This document shows, piece after piece, positions 31,572-41,303 of a stretch of 64,000 nucleotides of DNA. Position 1 is the first letter of the stretch. Each line of letters begins with the position of its first letter. This stretch comes from Rhodothermales bacterium (GTDB lineage Bacteria > Bacteroidota > Rhodothermia > Rhodothermales > VXPQ01), in the NCBI GenBank assembly GCA_951812335.1, contig OX638293.1, positions 1,032,731 to 1,096,730 on the forward strand, read 5' to 3'. The translations under genes and the position numbers were made by a program. The notes under the pieces were generated by a model, which was not told where the DNA came from, searched no databases, and worked only from the letters and a program-made list of their open reading frames with translations.

Positions 31572-32594
31572 TCATGAGGGGGGCGATAGTATTTTGCGAA
31601 GCATTAAGGTCATCACCAGACGTTCGCTCCGCGCAGCCCCTCCCTTCAGTTCGTAATCCGCCGCCAGCAATACGGAGAACGTATTCCGGATCGCCGGCGC
31701 CTTGTATCGGCGGAGGCTTGTCAGGTATTCCTTGACAAAAAATGGCGATACGCCAATATGGCGCGCCATTTCCTTGTTCGGCATGGACGATTCGCAGGCG
31801 CTGAGTTTCCAAAGCTTCGTGAAATAAGCGTTCAGGACGGCTATGATCATGAGTGCTTCCCCGCGCACATTGGATGCACGCTGCAACATTCGTTCCACAA
31901 TGCGGAACGCATCTCTGCCGCGCTGCTCGCCTATCGCCTTTTGTAGTTCGAAGACATTGAAACCCCGGCTATGTCCACTCGCGCGAACAATATCGTCCGC
32001 TGTAATGGTCTTTCGTCCGGCCACATAGATTTCAAGTTTTTCCATCTCGCGGACAACCGTCCCGAGATCGACGCCTGCATAGTCGGCCAGCCTATGTATG
32101 GCCTCCGGCGTCATATCGTATCCTTGCTTTGCTGCGCGCTGCTTGATCCAGCCGGGCATCCGATTGCTATAGAGCGGTTTGCTTTCCATCGCAACGGCGT
32201 GTTCCCGAAGGGCCCGGTAGGGATGCCTTGAGCGGTCCGGCTTCGAGCCGCATACGAGTACGACCACCGCCGCCGGATTCGGATGCTGCGCATACTCTTT
32301 GAACAGGCGATTGTCCTTCAATCTTTCGAAGTCGCGCACGATCACGACGCGACGCTCGCTCATTACAGGGTAAGACGCACACAGCGCCAGCACATGCTGT
32401 GCATCCGTATCGGGACCGTAGACGATGTCGAGATTGAAATCCCGTTCGTGCGGGGCGAGCGCATGCGCTAGCAGGACATCCTGCAATTCGTCGGTAAGAA
32501 ACCGCTCCTCGCCGTAGAAAAAATAGAGCGGCTTGAAGTTTCCCTGCCGGAATGCCGAGGCGATGTCTTCGTATGTCTTTTCACGTGCGGCCAT
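31572..32594 (-). CDS. holA: DNA polymerase III subunit delta
   Basis: 340 aa. N-terminal …PLYFFYGEERFL… pattern and helical C-terminus typical of HolA. Confidence 0.7.
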   Translation of the reverse strand: MAAREKTYEDIASAFRQGNFKPLYFFYGEERFLTDELQDVLLAHALAPHERDFNLDIVYGPDTDAQHVLALCASYPVMSERRVVIVRDFERLKDNRLFKEYAQHPNPAAVVVLVCGSKPDRSRHPYRALREHAVAMESKPLYSNRMPGWIKQRAAKQGYDMTPEAIHRLADYAGVDLGTVVREMEKLEIYVAGRKTITADDIVRASGHSRGFNVFELQKAIGEQRGRDAFRIVERMLQRASNVRGEALMIIAVLNAYFTKLWKLSACESSMPNKEMARHIGVSPFFVKEYLTSLRRYKAPAIRNTFSVLLAADYELKGGAARSERLVMTLMLRKILSPPS

Positions 32595-32716
32595 GCTACC
32601 GGGAGCGATGCAAGGATTTTTCGACGCAAAGGGCTGGCAAGGTACAGATTTTCGTCTTTACTCCAGCCCTCGTATCTATTAAACGCAGTTTTTTTGCAAT
32701 CGTTACACCGAACGTA

Positions 32717-33253
32717 TTATTTGGGAATGTCTTCCGTGCGCGACGTGAGCCGGCTTTCGTGAAGCCGGGTCGCTGCCCTGCGCAGAAGATCGACATCGTG
32801 TTGGATGACATGATGAGCCAGGCCGAACCCGTCCGTAGCGGCGCCATCGATCGTAACGGGGCCTTGCCACCCGTGTACGTCGAGTCCGGAAAATAATGCC
32901 GCCAATTCCGTACGGGCCGTGCCGATAAGATCGAGCACGGTCTCTATTTCCGTGCGTTCCGGCGCTGCATCGTCAAGCATCTCTCTTTCCCCGGGTACGT
33001 CGAGGGAAACATCCCTGCCTTCCCCCAGACGGGCAACGGCCGGGGAATATACCTTTTCGTCAAAAAGGTACAGCGACACATACATTTCAAGGAAGGAGAG
33101 CTCGCTTTCTATCGGTCGCCCTTGCAGAACACTTTCCGGAATCCGTCCGACATGCTTGCGCAGCAGAGCCGTTTCGTCGATCAGATACGCCAGTTGATCC
33201 AGCAATGCCTGGCGTACCCCGGCGGTTCGAGGAACGTCGGAGGCGTCGTTCAT
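32717..33253 (-). CDS. hypothetical protein, possibly DinB-like four-helix bundle
   Basis: 178 aa, helical, with conserved His near the C-terminus ([13 protein letters not shown]). Its start overlaps the upstream stop (ATGA). Weak assignment. Confidence 0.3.
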   Translation of the reverse strand: MNDASDVPRTAGVRQALLDQLAYLIDETALLRKHVGRIPESVLQGRPIESELSFLEMYVSLYLFDEKVYSPAVARLGEGRDVSLDVPGEREMLDDAAPERTEIETVLDLIGTARTELAALFSGLDVHGWQGPVTIDGAATDGFGLAHHVIQHDVDLLRRAATRLHESRLTSRTEDIPK

Positions 33254-33900
33254 TCCGTATCGGGGAGCGGCTCGGCCGGAGCCTCTGTGTCGCTCTGGAC
33301 CTCCTCGGCCAGCGATGCAAGGAAAGCACGGTCCCTGAGACTATGCACGTTGTTTTCCCGTCGAAAATCCCATTGTTCTCCGAACTGCCGGTCCTTGTAG
33401 GCTTCGAGCCAATCGAACCGGTCCTTGAGACGTTCTGCCGGCATAAGCAGTCGTTCCAGACCGAATACGGCTTCCTCGCGACTCTGGAAGGTCAGATCGT
33501 ATTCTTTCGACATGACGATGGCTTCTTCCGGGCAGACTTCCTCGCAATACCCGCAATAGATACACCGAAGCATGTTGATTTCGAACCACTCCGGTTCTCG
33601 CTCCTTGGCTCCCTCCATCTCGCGCGATTGCATGGCAATAGCCATCGGGGGACAAGCCCGTGCGCACAGGTTGCAGGAAACGCAACGGGGTCGACCCTCT
33701 TCCTCGACCAGCACCGGGCGACCGCGATAACTGTCGGGGGGGTACCATTGCTCTTCCGGGTACTGGAGAGTATAGCTTGGCTGCTGCATCTTGCGAAAGC
33801 TGTACCCAAGCCCCTTGAACACTTCCGGGAGATACAGACGCTCCCAGAAATTGAGCGTGCGCTCGTTCTTTTTTTTCGTAGGTACCGTTTTGCCAGGCAT
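33250..33900 (-). CDS. NuoI-like 2x[4Fe-4S] ferredoxin subunit
   Basis: [12 protein letters not shown] and [12 protein letters not shown] motifs spaced as in NADH-quinone oxidoreductase subunit I. No other nuo genes are nearby. Confidence 0.7.
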   Translation of the reverse strand: MPGKTVPTKKKNERTLNFWERLYLPEVFKGLGYSFRKMQQPSYTLQYPEEQWYPPDSYRGRPVLVEEEGRPRCVSCNLCARACPPMAIAMQSREMEGAKEREPEWFEINMLRCIYCGYCEEVCPEEAIVMSKEYDLTFQSREEAVFGLERLLMPAERLKDRFDWLEAYKDRQFGEQWDFRRENNVHSLRDRAFLASLAEEVQSDTEAPAEPLPDTE

Positions 33901-34059
33901 GGCGGACTCGGATTAAGCGAGCAAAAATAGCAAAGCAAAGATACTGCTCAAGATACGCCCCGACGACGGATATCGCGAGGATTCGCCAGAGAAGATCGCG
34001 AAAATACGACGCCCTCATGCGGAAAAAGCCGCAGCGTGCAACCTGTTCCGGAAGCAAGG

Positions 34060-35379
34060 CTATGCGCGCTCCCGTGACTTGGCGCGAAACACCAGGGTAA
34101 GCGGGACACCGCTGAAATCGAACGCCTTGCGGAGTTCGTTTTCGAGATATCGCCGGTATGATTCGTGCACGCCTTTCGGATAATTGCAAAAAAAGGCGAA
34201 TACGGGAGGATTCGACGCCACCTGCGATGCATACTTTATCTGCACGAACTGGTTGCGCCATGTGGGGGGATGATGCCTGCCGATGGCTTTTTGCATCACT
34301 TCGTTTACTTCATGGGTCGGAATGCGCAGGCGCAGTCGTTCATGGACGGTAATGGCTGAGTTGAGCACGGTATGCACCCGTTGCCGGGTGAGTGCGGAGA
34401 TGAACAATATGGGCACGTAGTCCAGCATCGGGAGCCGCTTGCGAATTCCGCGACGCCAGTCCCGGGCCGTGTTGGTTTCTTTCTCGATCAGGTCCCATTT
34501 GTTTACGGCGATAACGAGTCCTTTTCCGAGTTCTTCCGCCTGCTTCAGAATGCGAATGTCCTGCATCTGAAGCCCATCGGCGGCATCTACCAGAAGCACA
34601 GCGATGTCGCATGCCGCCAGGGCTCGACGGGTCCGCAGCGTGGCGTAAAATTCTATGTTCCCGGCCACCCTTGCCCGCTTGCGCAGACCGGCCGTATCGA
34701 CCAGCATGATTTCCCGGTCTTCGAACTCGATCACCGAATGGATGGCGTCCCGGGTCGTGCCGGGAATTTCCGTGACGATGGATCGGGGGAATCCGAGAAT
34801 AGCGTTCGCCAGCGAGGATTTACCGGCATTCGGTTTCCCGACGAGCGCCACGCGAATGCGGGTATCCTCAACAAGGGCGTCCGGGGCATCCGGCAGCACA
34901 GCGGTCAGGTCGTCAAGCATCTCTCCGGTGCCTGTCCCGTTGATAGCGCTCACGGGATACACCTCCCCGAGCCCGAGTCCATAGAACACGCCGGCTTGCC
35001 AGCGCCGCTGGTCATTGTCCGACTTATTGGCAACCACCAGGACAGGCTTGTCGGTCCGGCGGAGCACCGCGCTCAATTCCTCGTCGAGGTCTGTGATACC
35101 GGTCATGACATCCACCACGAAAAGAATGGCGTCGGCCTCGTCAATGGCGATATGCACCTGCTCGCGGATGGCCTCTGCAAACACTTCGGCAGTAGCCGGC
35201 ACGAATCCCCCCGTATCCACGGCGTCGAACGTATGTCCCGCCCATTCGACCGTACCGTACACCCGGTCGCGCGTGACCCCGGGCTCGTCATGCACAATGG
35301 TTTGCCGCGCCTCCACCAGACGATTGAAGAGCGTTGACTTGCCCACATTCGGGCGGCCAACGACAGCTGCCAGCCTCAT
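34060..35379 (-). CDS. der: ribosome biogenesis GTPase Der (EngA)
   Basis: Two tandem G domains (GRPNVGKSTLFN, GKPNAGKSSLAN) plus a KH-like C-terminus. Confidence 0.95.
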   Translation of the reverse strand: MRLAAVVGRPNVGKSTLFNRLVEARQTIVHDEPGVTRDRVYGTVEWAGHTFDAVDTGGFVPATAEVFAEAIREQVHIAIDEADAILFVVDVMTGITDLDEELSAVLRRTDKPVLVVANKSDNDQRRWQAGVFYGLGLGEVYPVSAINGTGTGEMLDDLTAVLPDAPDALVEDTRIRVALVGKPNAGKSSLANAILGFPRSIVTEIPGTTRDAIHSVIEFEDREIMLVDTAGLRKRARVAGNIEFYATLRTRRALAACDIAVLLVDAADGLQMQDIRILKQAEELGKGLVIAVNKWDLIEKETNTARDWRRGIRKRLPMLDYVPILFISALTRQRVHTVLNSAITVHERLRLRIPTHEVNEVMQKAIGRHHPPTWRNQFVQIKYASQVASNPPVFAFFCNYPKGVHESYRRYLENELRKAFDFSGVPLTLVFRAKSRERA

Positions 35380-35420
35380 GGGGTACTTCCCTCACAATGA
35401 TGTTTCCCTATATCTCTCAT

Positions 35421-36227
35421 TTACCACCACCACAGCCCCAAACCGCCCACAAGGAAGCAATAATAAGCGAACCAGGCCAGGTTTCCCCGCTGCACGAAAC
35501 GAATTACCGTCCTGATTGCCCATATGCCGGATGCATACGCAACGAGTGTACCTGAAAGGATCGGGAACAGATTCGTTATGTCTCCGGCCTGCGCGATTCG
35601 TATTGCCTCGATACCCGTTGCGCCGATAATGACCGGCGCCGACATCAGAAACGAAAAGGCGACCGCCTGTGCGGGTCGTACGTTCTGGTACAGCGCAGCG
35701 CAGATCGTCGCTCCCGAACGCGAAATACCGGGCATCATCGCCAGTCCCTGCGCCACTCCTGTCACGATCGCTTTCCATGCAGACATATCCCCTTCGGGGC
35801 GGGGGCGAATGCGGGTGAGCAGCAAAAGACCGCCTGTAACGAGGAGCATACCGGCGGTGATATGCGGTGCGGAAAAAGCGGCTTTTAGGGGCTCCCTGAA
35901 AAGTATATACATTACCCCGCCGGGGATCATGGACAGGAGGATGAAAATCGCAAATCGAAAATCCCCGTTGCTGCGGTACTGTGCGCCGATCCGATCGGGT
36001 CGATGTACCCCCTCCCATACCCCGCGCACTATTTCAAGGATACGAATGCGGTATACCGTGGCGATACTCAGGACCGTGCCGAAATGCACGAATACTTCGA
36101 ACGTAATGTTATCGATCTCCAGGCCAAGCAAGTGCTGAACGAGGACAAGATGCCCCGAGGAAGAAACGGGGAGAAATTCCGTTATTCCCTGAATGAGACC
36201 GAGAAGCGCTGCTTCCCACCAGCTCAT
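35421..36227 (-). CDS. uppP: undecaprenyl-diphosphate phosphatase
   Basis: GITEFLPVSSSGHL motif. Polytopic membrane protein. Start at ATG 36227. Confidence 0.9.
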   Translation of the reverse strand: MSWWEAALLGLIQGITEFLPVSSSGHLVLVQHLLGLEIDNITFEVFVHFGTVLSIATVYRIRILEIVRGVWEGVHRPDRIGAQYRSNGDFRFAIFILLSMIPGGVMYILFREPLKAAFSAPHITAGMLLVTGGLLLLTRIRPRPEGDMSAWKAIVTGVAQGLAMMPGISRSGATICAALYQNVRPAQAVAFSFLMSAPVIIGATGIEAIRIAQAGDITNLFPILSGTLVAYASGIWAIRTVIRFVQRGNLAWFAYYCFLVGGLGLWWW

Positions 36228-36386
36228 GATATAGAGGGTGTACAGGGTCGGGACGAATGCTTGTGCCAGAGCGTACAAGGTACGCATTGCAGCCCGGCAT
36301 AGGAAACGCTCGGATACCTTTCCGATCGAGGATTGAACCGCAGGGATCTGCGGGAATCATGCGGCCGGTGTCCGCACAGGCCTGCT

Positions 36387-38039
36387 TTACGACGCGTTTT
36401 TCGGAAGGCCGGGTTCTACAAGGACCACCGTTTCTCGTTCCACCGTTACGGCGCCGGGCGGCATTCCCTTCGCTTTGCGCACGTATTTGCGTTCGGTGAC
36501 CATCACTGGCACAAGGTTGCTGCCCCGGGCTTTGCTGAACCAGGCGGCGATGGAAGCTGCTTGCCTCAAAATGGCGGTTCCGGGCGCCGCATTGCGATGG
36601 GGCAGCCGGAGCACGGCGTGTACGCCCGATACGCCGCGGGCATGCATCCAGAGGTCGTATTTTTGCGCGTGACGAAACGTCAGTTCGTCATTCTGACGGG
36701 CATTGCGGCCTACCCAGACCTCATATCCTTCCGCCAGGCGAAATCTTCGAAAGGGTATTCGTTTGTTTTCCTGTTCCGGATCGGGCAGGAAGCGGGCCAA
36801 CCGGTCGGCCTGTTCCTTGCGGAAGGTGCGCAAGGCCCGCAGGTTTTCCGTGGCATGCAGTGCATCCAGCAGGTCCTGGACTTCCTGTGCGGCTTTTTCT
36901 GTCTCCGCCATGCGCTTTTCGGCGGTTTCGCGCGCAACGCGCGTGCGCCGCGCCCGGTCGTAAAACACCTGTGCGTTTTCTATAGCCGAGAGGGCGGGGT
37001 CGAGAGGTACGGTTATTCTTTTTCCTTCCGCAAACAGGTTTTCGAGGGATATTTCCTCGGCGCCTAGAGGGACATTGTGCGTCTGTGCCGTCAGCAGATG
37101 TCCCCAGGTCTCGTACCGACCGGCGCGGCTTTCCCGGGACAATTCTTCCTTCATGCGTCGTACCCGCCGGCCGTACTGCTTCGCTGCACGTTCGAGCGCC
37201 TTTTCTATAGGGTCGAACAGTTCCCGGAAGCGATGGTGCGCCAGGGATCGGCGTACTCCTTCCCGGACGGCTTTGCTGACCGTATCGAACGTTTCCTCCT
37301 GGATATTGCGGGCGGGTTCGAGGGCGATGAGCGAGAACATCGGGAGGCCTTTTTCGCCCCGGTATATGCGGGGGGCCGGCACGAGGAGGGCTCGGCGCAC
37401 TGTTTCCACGGCGCGGAAAAGCGCCTGCAGATCACTGGGGGGCACATCGTCCGTTCCATGCGGATCCAGCCCGGCACGCACGATTGCCTCGATGCCGAGT
37501 GTACGATCGAACAACGGATACGCCCGGCAAACCGTTCGGATGATGGAGCTGCCTTTCGGGCGCCAGCCTGCTTCGAATGCCGCGCAGGTGTCGGGGTCGG
37601 GTGCCGGACGCGGTGCGGGAGGGGCAGATCCTGCAAGCGCGGCGTCGTTCCGAAAAGCATTCAGGATGCGGTCATTCGCCACGAGAAACGCATTGGCATG
37701 CGGACCGAACAACGAGATATGAAAGGTCATGCCGCCGGAGAGACCCAGAAAGATCATGCGATCCCGGTCAGCGATCCGCAGGGTTTCCAGCCTTTTGCCG
37801 ATGGCTTGCTCGAAAAGGGTCGTGACGTTGCGCCGAGCGCGGGCGTACCCGTCGCCGCAAACGATAAAAAGAAGAGGGAGGCGGACCCCAATGCGTACCG
37901 TTCGGGTGCTGTCCCGGGAAGTAAATGCCAGCGAGAGTTCGTCTCGCTCCTGCGACCAGGCATCTTCGAGCGTACACCCGATCAGCGAAGTTTGCCATTC
38001 CGCGATCAGTGCGTGTAGCGTATGGTAATTCGCAATCAT
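36387..38039 (-). CDS. NFACT-family (FbpA/RqcH-like) RNA-binding protein
   Basis: C-terminal DUF814-type segment (GYEVWVGRNARQNDELTF…DLWMHARGVSGVHAVL) and coiled-coil middle. ATG at 38039 overlaps the upstream TGA. Confidence 0.8.
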   Translation of the reverse strand: MIANYHTLHALIAEWQTSLIGCTLEDAWSQERDELSLAFTSRDSTRTVRIGVRLPLLFIVCGDGYARARRNVTTLFEQAIGKRLETLRIADRDRMIFLGLSGGMTFHISLFGPHANAFLVANDRILNAFRNDAALAGSAPPAPRPAPDPDTCAAFEAGWRPKGSSIIRTVCRAYPLFDRTLGIEAIVRAGLDPHGTDDVPPSDLQALFRAVETVRRALLVPAPRIYRGEKGLPMFSLIALEPARNIQEETFDTVSKAVREGVRRSLAHHRFRELFDPIEKALERAAKQYGRRVRRMKEELSRESRAGRYETWGHLLTAQTHNVPLGAEEISLENLFAEGKRITVPLDPALSAIENAQVFYDRARRTRVARETAEKRMAETEKAAQEVQDLLDALHATENLRALRTFRKEQADRLARFLPDPEQENKRIPFRRFRLAEGYEVWVGRNARQNDELTFRHAQKYDLWMHARGVSGVHAVLRLPHRNAAPGTAILRQAASIAAWFSKARGSNLVPVMVTERKYVRKAKGMPPGAVTVERETVVLVEPGLPKNAS

Positions 38040-39238
38040 GTCTGCGCATCCTGTCCCGCTGCGTCGAGCGCCCGGATGATTGTGTTGCAAGCCCCGTCGA
38101 GCACGTCAAAAGGAATCGTAAGGGGAGGGGCGATACGCACCAGACAGTCCGAATAAAGCGTCCACCCGAGCAGCACGCCTTCGTCGAGGCACCGGTGCAT
38201 CGTACGGGCGGTCAGGTCTGCATCGCGAAGTTGCATTCCCAGCATGGCGCCTCGTCCCCGCACTTCGACGATCGACGGATGTTGTAAACGCTGGCGGATC
38301 CGTTCTTCTATGGCACGGGCTCGAACGGGAAGTTGCTCGTCGACGATCACATGCAGGGCGGCCAGTGCGGCGGCGCAGGATACCGGATGTCCCCCGAATG
38401 TGGTTACATGGCTCAGTGGGGGATCCCGTCGCAGCGCCTGAAAGCGTTCCGCACTGGAAACGAATGCCCCAAGCGGCATACCGCCGCCGAAGGCTTTGGC
38501 AATGGTCAGGATGTCGGGAATGACGCCGAACTGCTCGAACGCGAAAAGCGTCCCGGTTCGCCCGAATCCTGTTTGTACTTCGTCGAAGATAAGCAGGGCG
38601 CCGGTTTCGTCGCAGCGCGCTCGCAGGGCCCGCATCCAGCGGCCCCCCGGTATATTGATGCCGCCTTCCCCCTGAATCGGCTCGGTGATCACGCAGGCCG
38701 TTTGTTCGTCGATGGCCTGCAAGGCGCGCTCCTCGTTGAAGGGGAGTATATCCACGTTGGGCAACAGCGGACGAAAGGGCCGCTGGTATACATCCCGGCC
38801 GGTCACGGAAAGGGATCCGTGCGTGTCGCCGTGGAAGGATCCCTCGAAAGCGATCATTCCTGATCGTCCCGTTCCTTTTTTGGCCAGCTTGAGGGCGCCT
38901 TCATTGGCTTCTGTCCCGGAATTTGTGAAATAGGTTACCTGAAGGGAGGCGGGCAGATGCCGGGCCAGAAATTCAGCCAGATCTACCTGCGGGCGCTGCA
39001 CAAATTCGCCGTAGACCATGACATGCATATGACGGGCGGCTTGCTCCCGGACGGCCTCAACGATCGCCGGATGCCCGTGCCCCAAGGAAGAAACGGCAAT
39101 GCCGCTGATCATATCGACGATACGACGCTTGTCGGAGAGGTATAACCAGGGTCCCTCTGCCCGGTCTATGACGAGTCCAAGCGGCGTATCGCTTGTCCAC
39201 GCCATGAATCGTTCGAATCGTTCCTGCAGCAGTGACAT
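38036..39238 (-). CDS. class III (acetylornithine/GABA-type) PLP-dependent aminotransferase
   Basis: …SGTEANEGALKLA…, DEVQTGFGRTG, and a Lys-containing TIAKAFGGGMPLGAF segment. Confidence 0.85.
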   Translation of the reverse strand: MSLLQERFERFMAWTSDTPLGLVIDRAEGPWLYLSDKRRIVDMISGIAVSSLGHGHPAIVEAVREQAARHMHVMVYGEFVQRPQVDLAEFLARHLPASLQVTYFTNSGTEANEGALKLAKKGTGRSGMIAFEGSFHGDTHGSLSVTGRDVYQRPFRPLLPNVDILPFNEERALQAIDEQTACVITEPIQGEGGINIPGGRWMRALRARCDETGALLIFDEVQTGFGRTGTLFAFEQFGVIPDILTIAKAFGGGMPLGAFVSSAERFQALRRDPPLSHVTTFGGHPVSCAAALAALHVIVDEQLPVRARAIEERIRQRLQHPSIVEVRGRGAMLGMQLRDADLTARTMHRCLDEGVLLGWTLYSDCLVRIAPPLTIPFDVLDGACNTIIRALDAAGQDAQT

Positions 39239-39293
39239 AACCGAGGTGTTTTGTCTGTCCGTCCGCCGTATCCCGGCGACGGTAAAAAATATA

Positions 39294-39548
39294 GGATACC
39301 CTGATTAAGTCCGCGAAGTTCAGAGGCTGCGAGGGGTGTGCCGGCAAGGAATGACGAAGCAATGTGGCACAGGCCCCCACATAATAAGGAATGACGCGGC
39401 CAGCGTGCTTCTCCCGGCCTCCCGAAGGGCGTTTCACGCCCGCACTGCCCAAAATCCGCAGCGTTCCGCTAATTACGACGATGCCATTACGATATCCTTT
39501 ACGCACGAACGCGGAGCGCCGGTCGAAGCGGTTTCGATCAGAGTATCC
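39294..39548 (-). mobile_element. MITE-like 255-bp TIR element, copy 2 (most diverged)
   Basis: GGATACCCTGATTAAGTCCGCG… …GTTTCGATCAGAGTATCC. Left flank TATA, inner right flank TTAA. Confidence 0.8.
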
Positions 39549-39552
39549 TTAA

Positions 39553-39628
39553 TTCCGACGATGAAATCACGATGTCGTTTACGCGCGAAAGTAAAGTGCC
39601 GGGCGAAGCGGTTTACATCAGAGTATCC
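39553..39628 (-). mobile_element. truncated second element copy (left-arm ~76 bp) abutting copy 2
   Basis: TTCCGACGATGAAATCACGATG…GGTTTACATCAGAGTATCC aligns to the left arm of other copies. Followed by TGTA. Confidence 0.7.
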
Positions 39629-39889
39629 TGTAGATAAATACGCGGTGGCCCGGTCGAATGCAATGTTCCGAAAGATGGGAACCTGCATGCAGGATTTCCC
39701 GTGCAAAACGGCAGCGGGTTTTTGTGTCCGGCTTTATGGTCATACCGACCCGGCTATATCCGCTGCCGAGGCATCCACAGGTTCCCGAACCAGGCTGCCT
39801 CGAATATAGCGCGCGGTCGCCCTTCTGCCCTTCCATCCATCGAACCGCCGCTTGCCGCGTCGTTATTTCATTCGTTGCAACGGCATACC

Positions 39890-41299
39890 ATGATTACTAC
39901 GATCGCTCAAGCCCTGTTCGATCGCCTGATCGATGCATTCCCCCCGGATCGCACATACGGACATACGGACATCCGACGCGATCCGATGCCGGGGGCGCTC
40001 GCCGATTATCTCGAACAGGTACTCCATATGAAACTCCGGGATGCCCTTCCGGAGAGCAATTTGCAAAATTCCTGGGTGGATCTGCAAGCGGCAGAGGCGA
40101 AAGAGGCGCACACCCATTTCATGGAGGTTCTGAAGCGTCATCAGGCCTTCCCCGCTTTCGTATGGGCCGATTTCCTGAAGAATGCATGCCAACAGACGCT
40201 ATACCTTGTGATCCAGCCTACGGCTTCGCTGATTGATTCGGTGTTCGATCCGTTGGGCAATCCGGTGCGTGTAGACACGATACGCGATCGCATGGGGTTA
40301 TACCCTGCGAAGATTCCGTACCGGGAGGTCCTCGAAGCCTGGCTGGAGGAACAGGGTGACGAGCCTGTTGGACGAGATCGGTTCGAAGCGTTTCTGTATC
40401 GGGCCGATCGGCAACTTGCCTCGGACAGTTCTCCGCAGGATTGGCTCCGGTTATTCGATCCGCTCGTCAAAGTGCTTGCTACAGCCGGGTATCGTGAGGC
40501 GCCCACGGAGTTTGTCGAAGCGTTTTTACACGAAAAGGGGGCGGAAACGACGTGGCGCCGTCTCGAGCAGCAATACGGTTCGGAGACAAGCATTTCTTTC
40601 GACGAGCTGGAGGTGTTCTTTGTGTCCGGCGTATCGAAAAGCGGAGAGTCCGCCAGGAAGGCCGCAAGCGCGCCAACGAGGCCGGCGGAGCGCCGCCAGG
40701 AACCGCAACCCTTGTGGAAACAGTTCGCGCAGGGTCGTGACGATATCTCGCCAACTGCCGAGTCTTCCGCACCATCTTCGCCCGCGGAGCGCACGAACCA
40801 TCCGGCAGAGCCGCTCTGGAAACAATTTCGCACGATTTCCCCGCCAGTGACTGGTGAAAAAGCTCCTGAAGAGGCCGTTGCCACTGAACAAGTACCCGAG
40901 GGAACCGGTGCGCCTGTCGAGGTCGAAACAGTTACCCAGCCGGAACCTTCCGTCCGGATTTTTACGCTCGAACGGAGCCATTTCGTGCCTTCGGAGGATG
41001 AATCGGTTGCTCCCGATGTTCCAATGGACACCAGCGAAGCGCCGACGGGACTGATCGGTCTTGAACATACCGTGCTCGGGAAACGTGGCGCGCGGAACCG
41101 CGATCTCTTCGTCCAGTGTCTCTTTCATGGAAAGGAGCAAGCGTATGAAGCCGTCCTGCAGCGCCTGGAAGGCGCAAGAGACTGGTCGGAGGCTTCGCAG
41201 ACCATCGCCAACGAGGTGTTCCTGAAGCACCAGGTGAATATCTACAGCCCTCCCGCCGTGACCTTCACTGAGGCCGTAGAGGCCCGGTACCGCACCTGA
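39890..41299 (+). CDS. hypothetical protein (470 aa) with a Pro/Glu/Ser/Ala-rich central linker
   Basis: Long ORF ending 4 nt before pccB. Start taken at ATG 39890, outside the repeat. No family recognised. Confidence 0.55.
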   Translation: MITTIAQALFDRLIDAFPPDRTYGHTDIRRDPMPGALADYLEQVLHMKLRDALPESNLQNSWVDLQAAEAKEAHTHFMEVLKRHQAFPAFVWADFLKNACQQTLYLVIQPTASLIDSVFDPLGNPVRVDTIRDRMGLYPAKIPYREVLEAWLEEQGDEPVGRDRFEAFLYRADRQLASDSSPQDWLRLFDPLVKVLATAGYREAPTEFVEAFLHEKGAETTWRRLEQQYGSETSISFDELEVFFVSGVSKSGESARKAASAPTRPAERRQEPQPLWKQFAQGRDDISPTAESSAPSSPAERTNHPAEPLWKQFRTISPPVTGEKAPEEAVATEQVPEGTGAPVEVETVTQPEPSVRIFTLERSHFVPSEDESVAPDVPMDTSEAPTGLIGLEHTVLGKRGARNRDLFVQCLFHGKEQAYEAVLQRLEGARDWSEASQTIANEVFLKHQVNIYSPPAVTFTEAVEARYRT

Positions 41300-41303
41300 T
41301 CCG

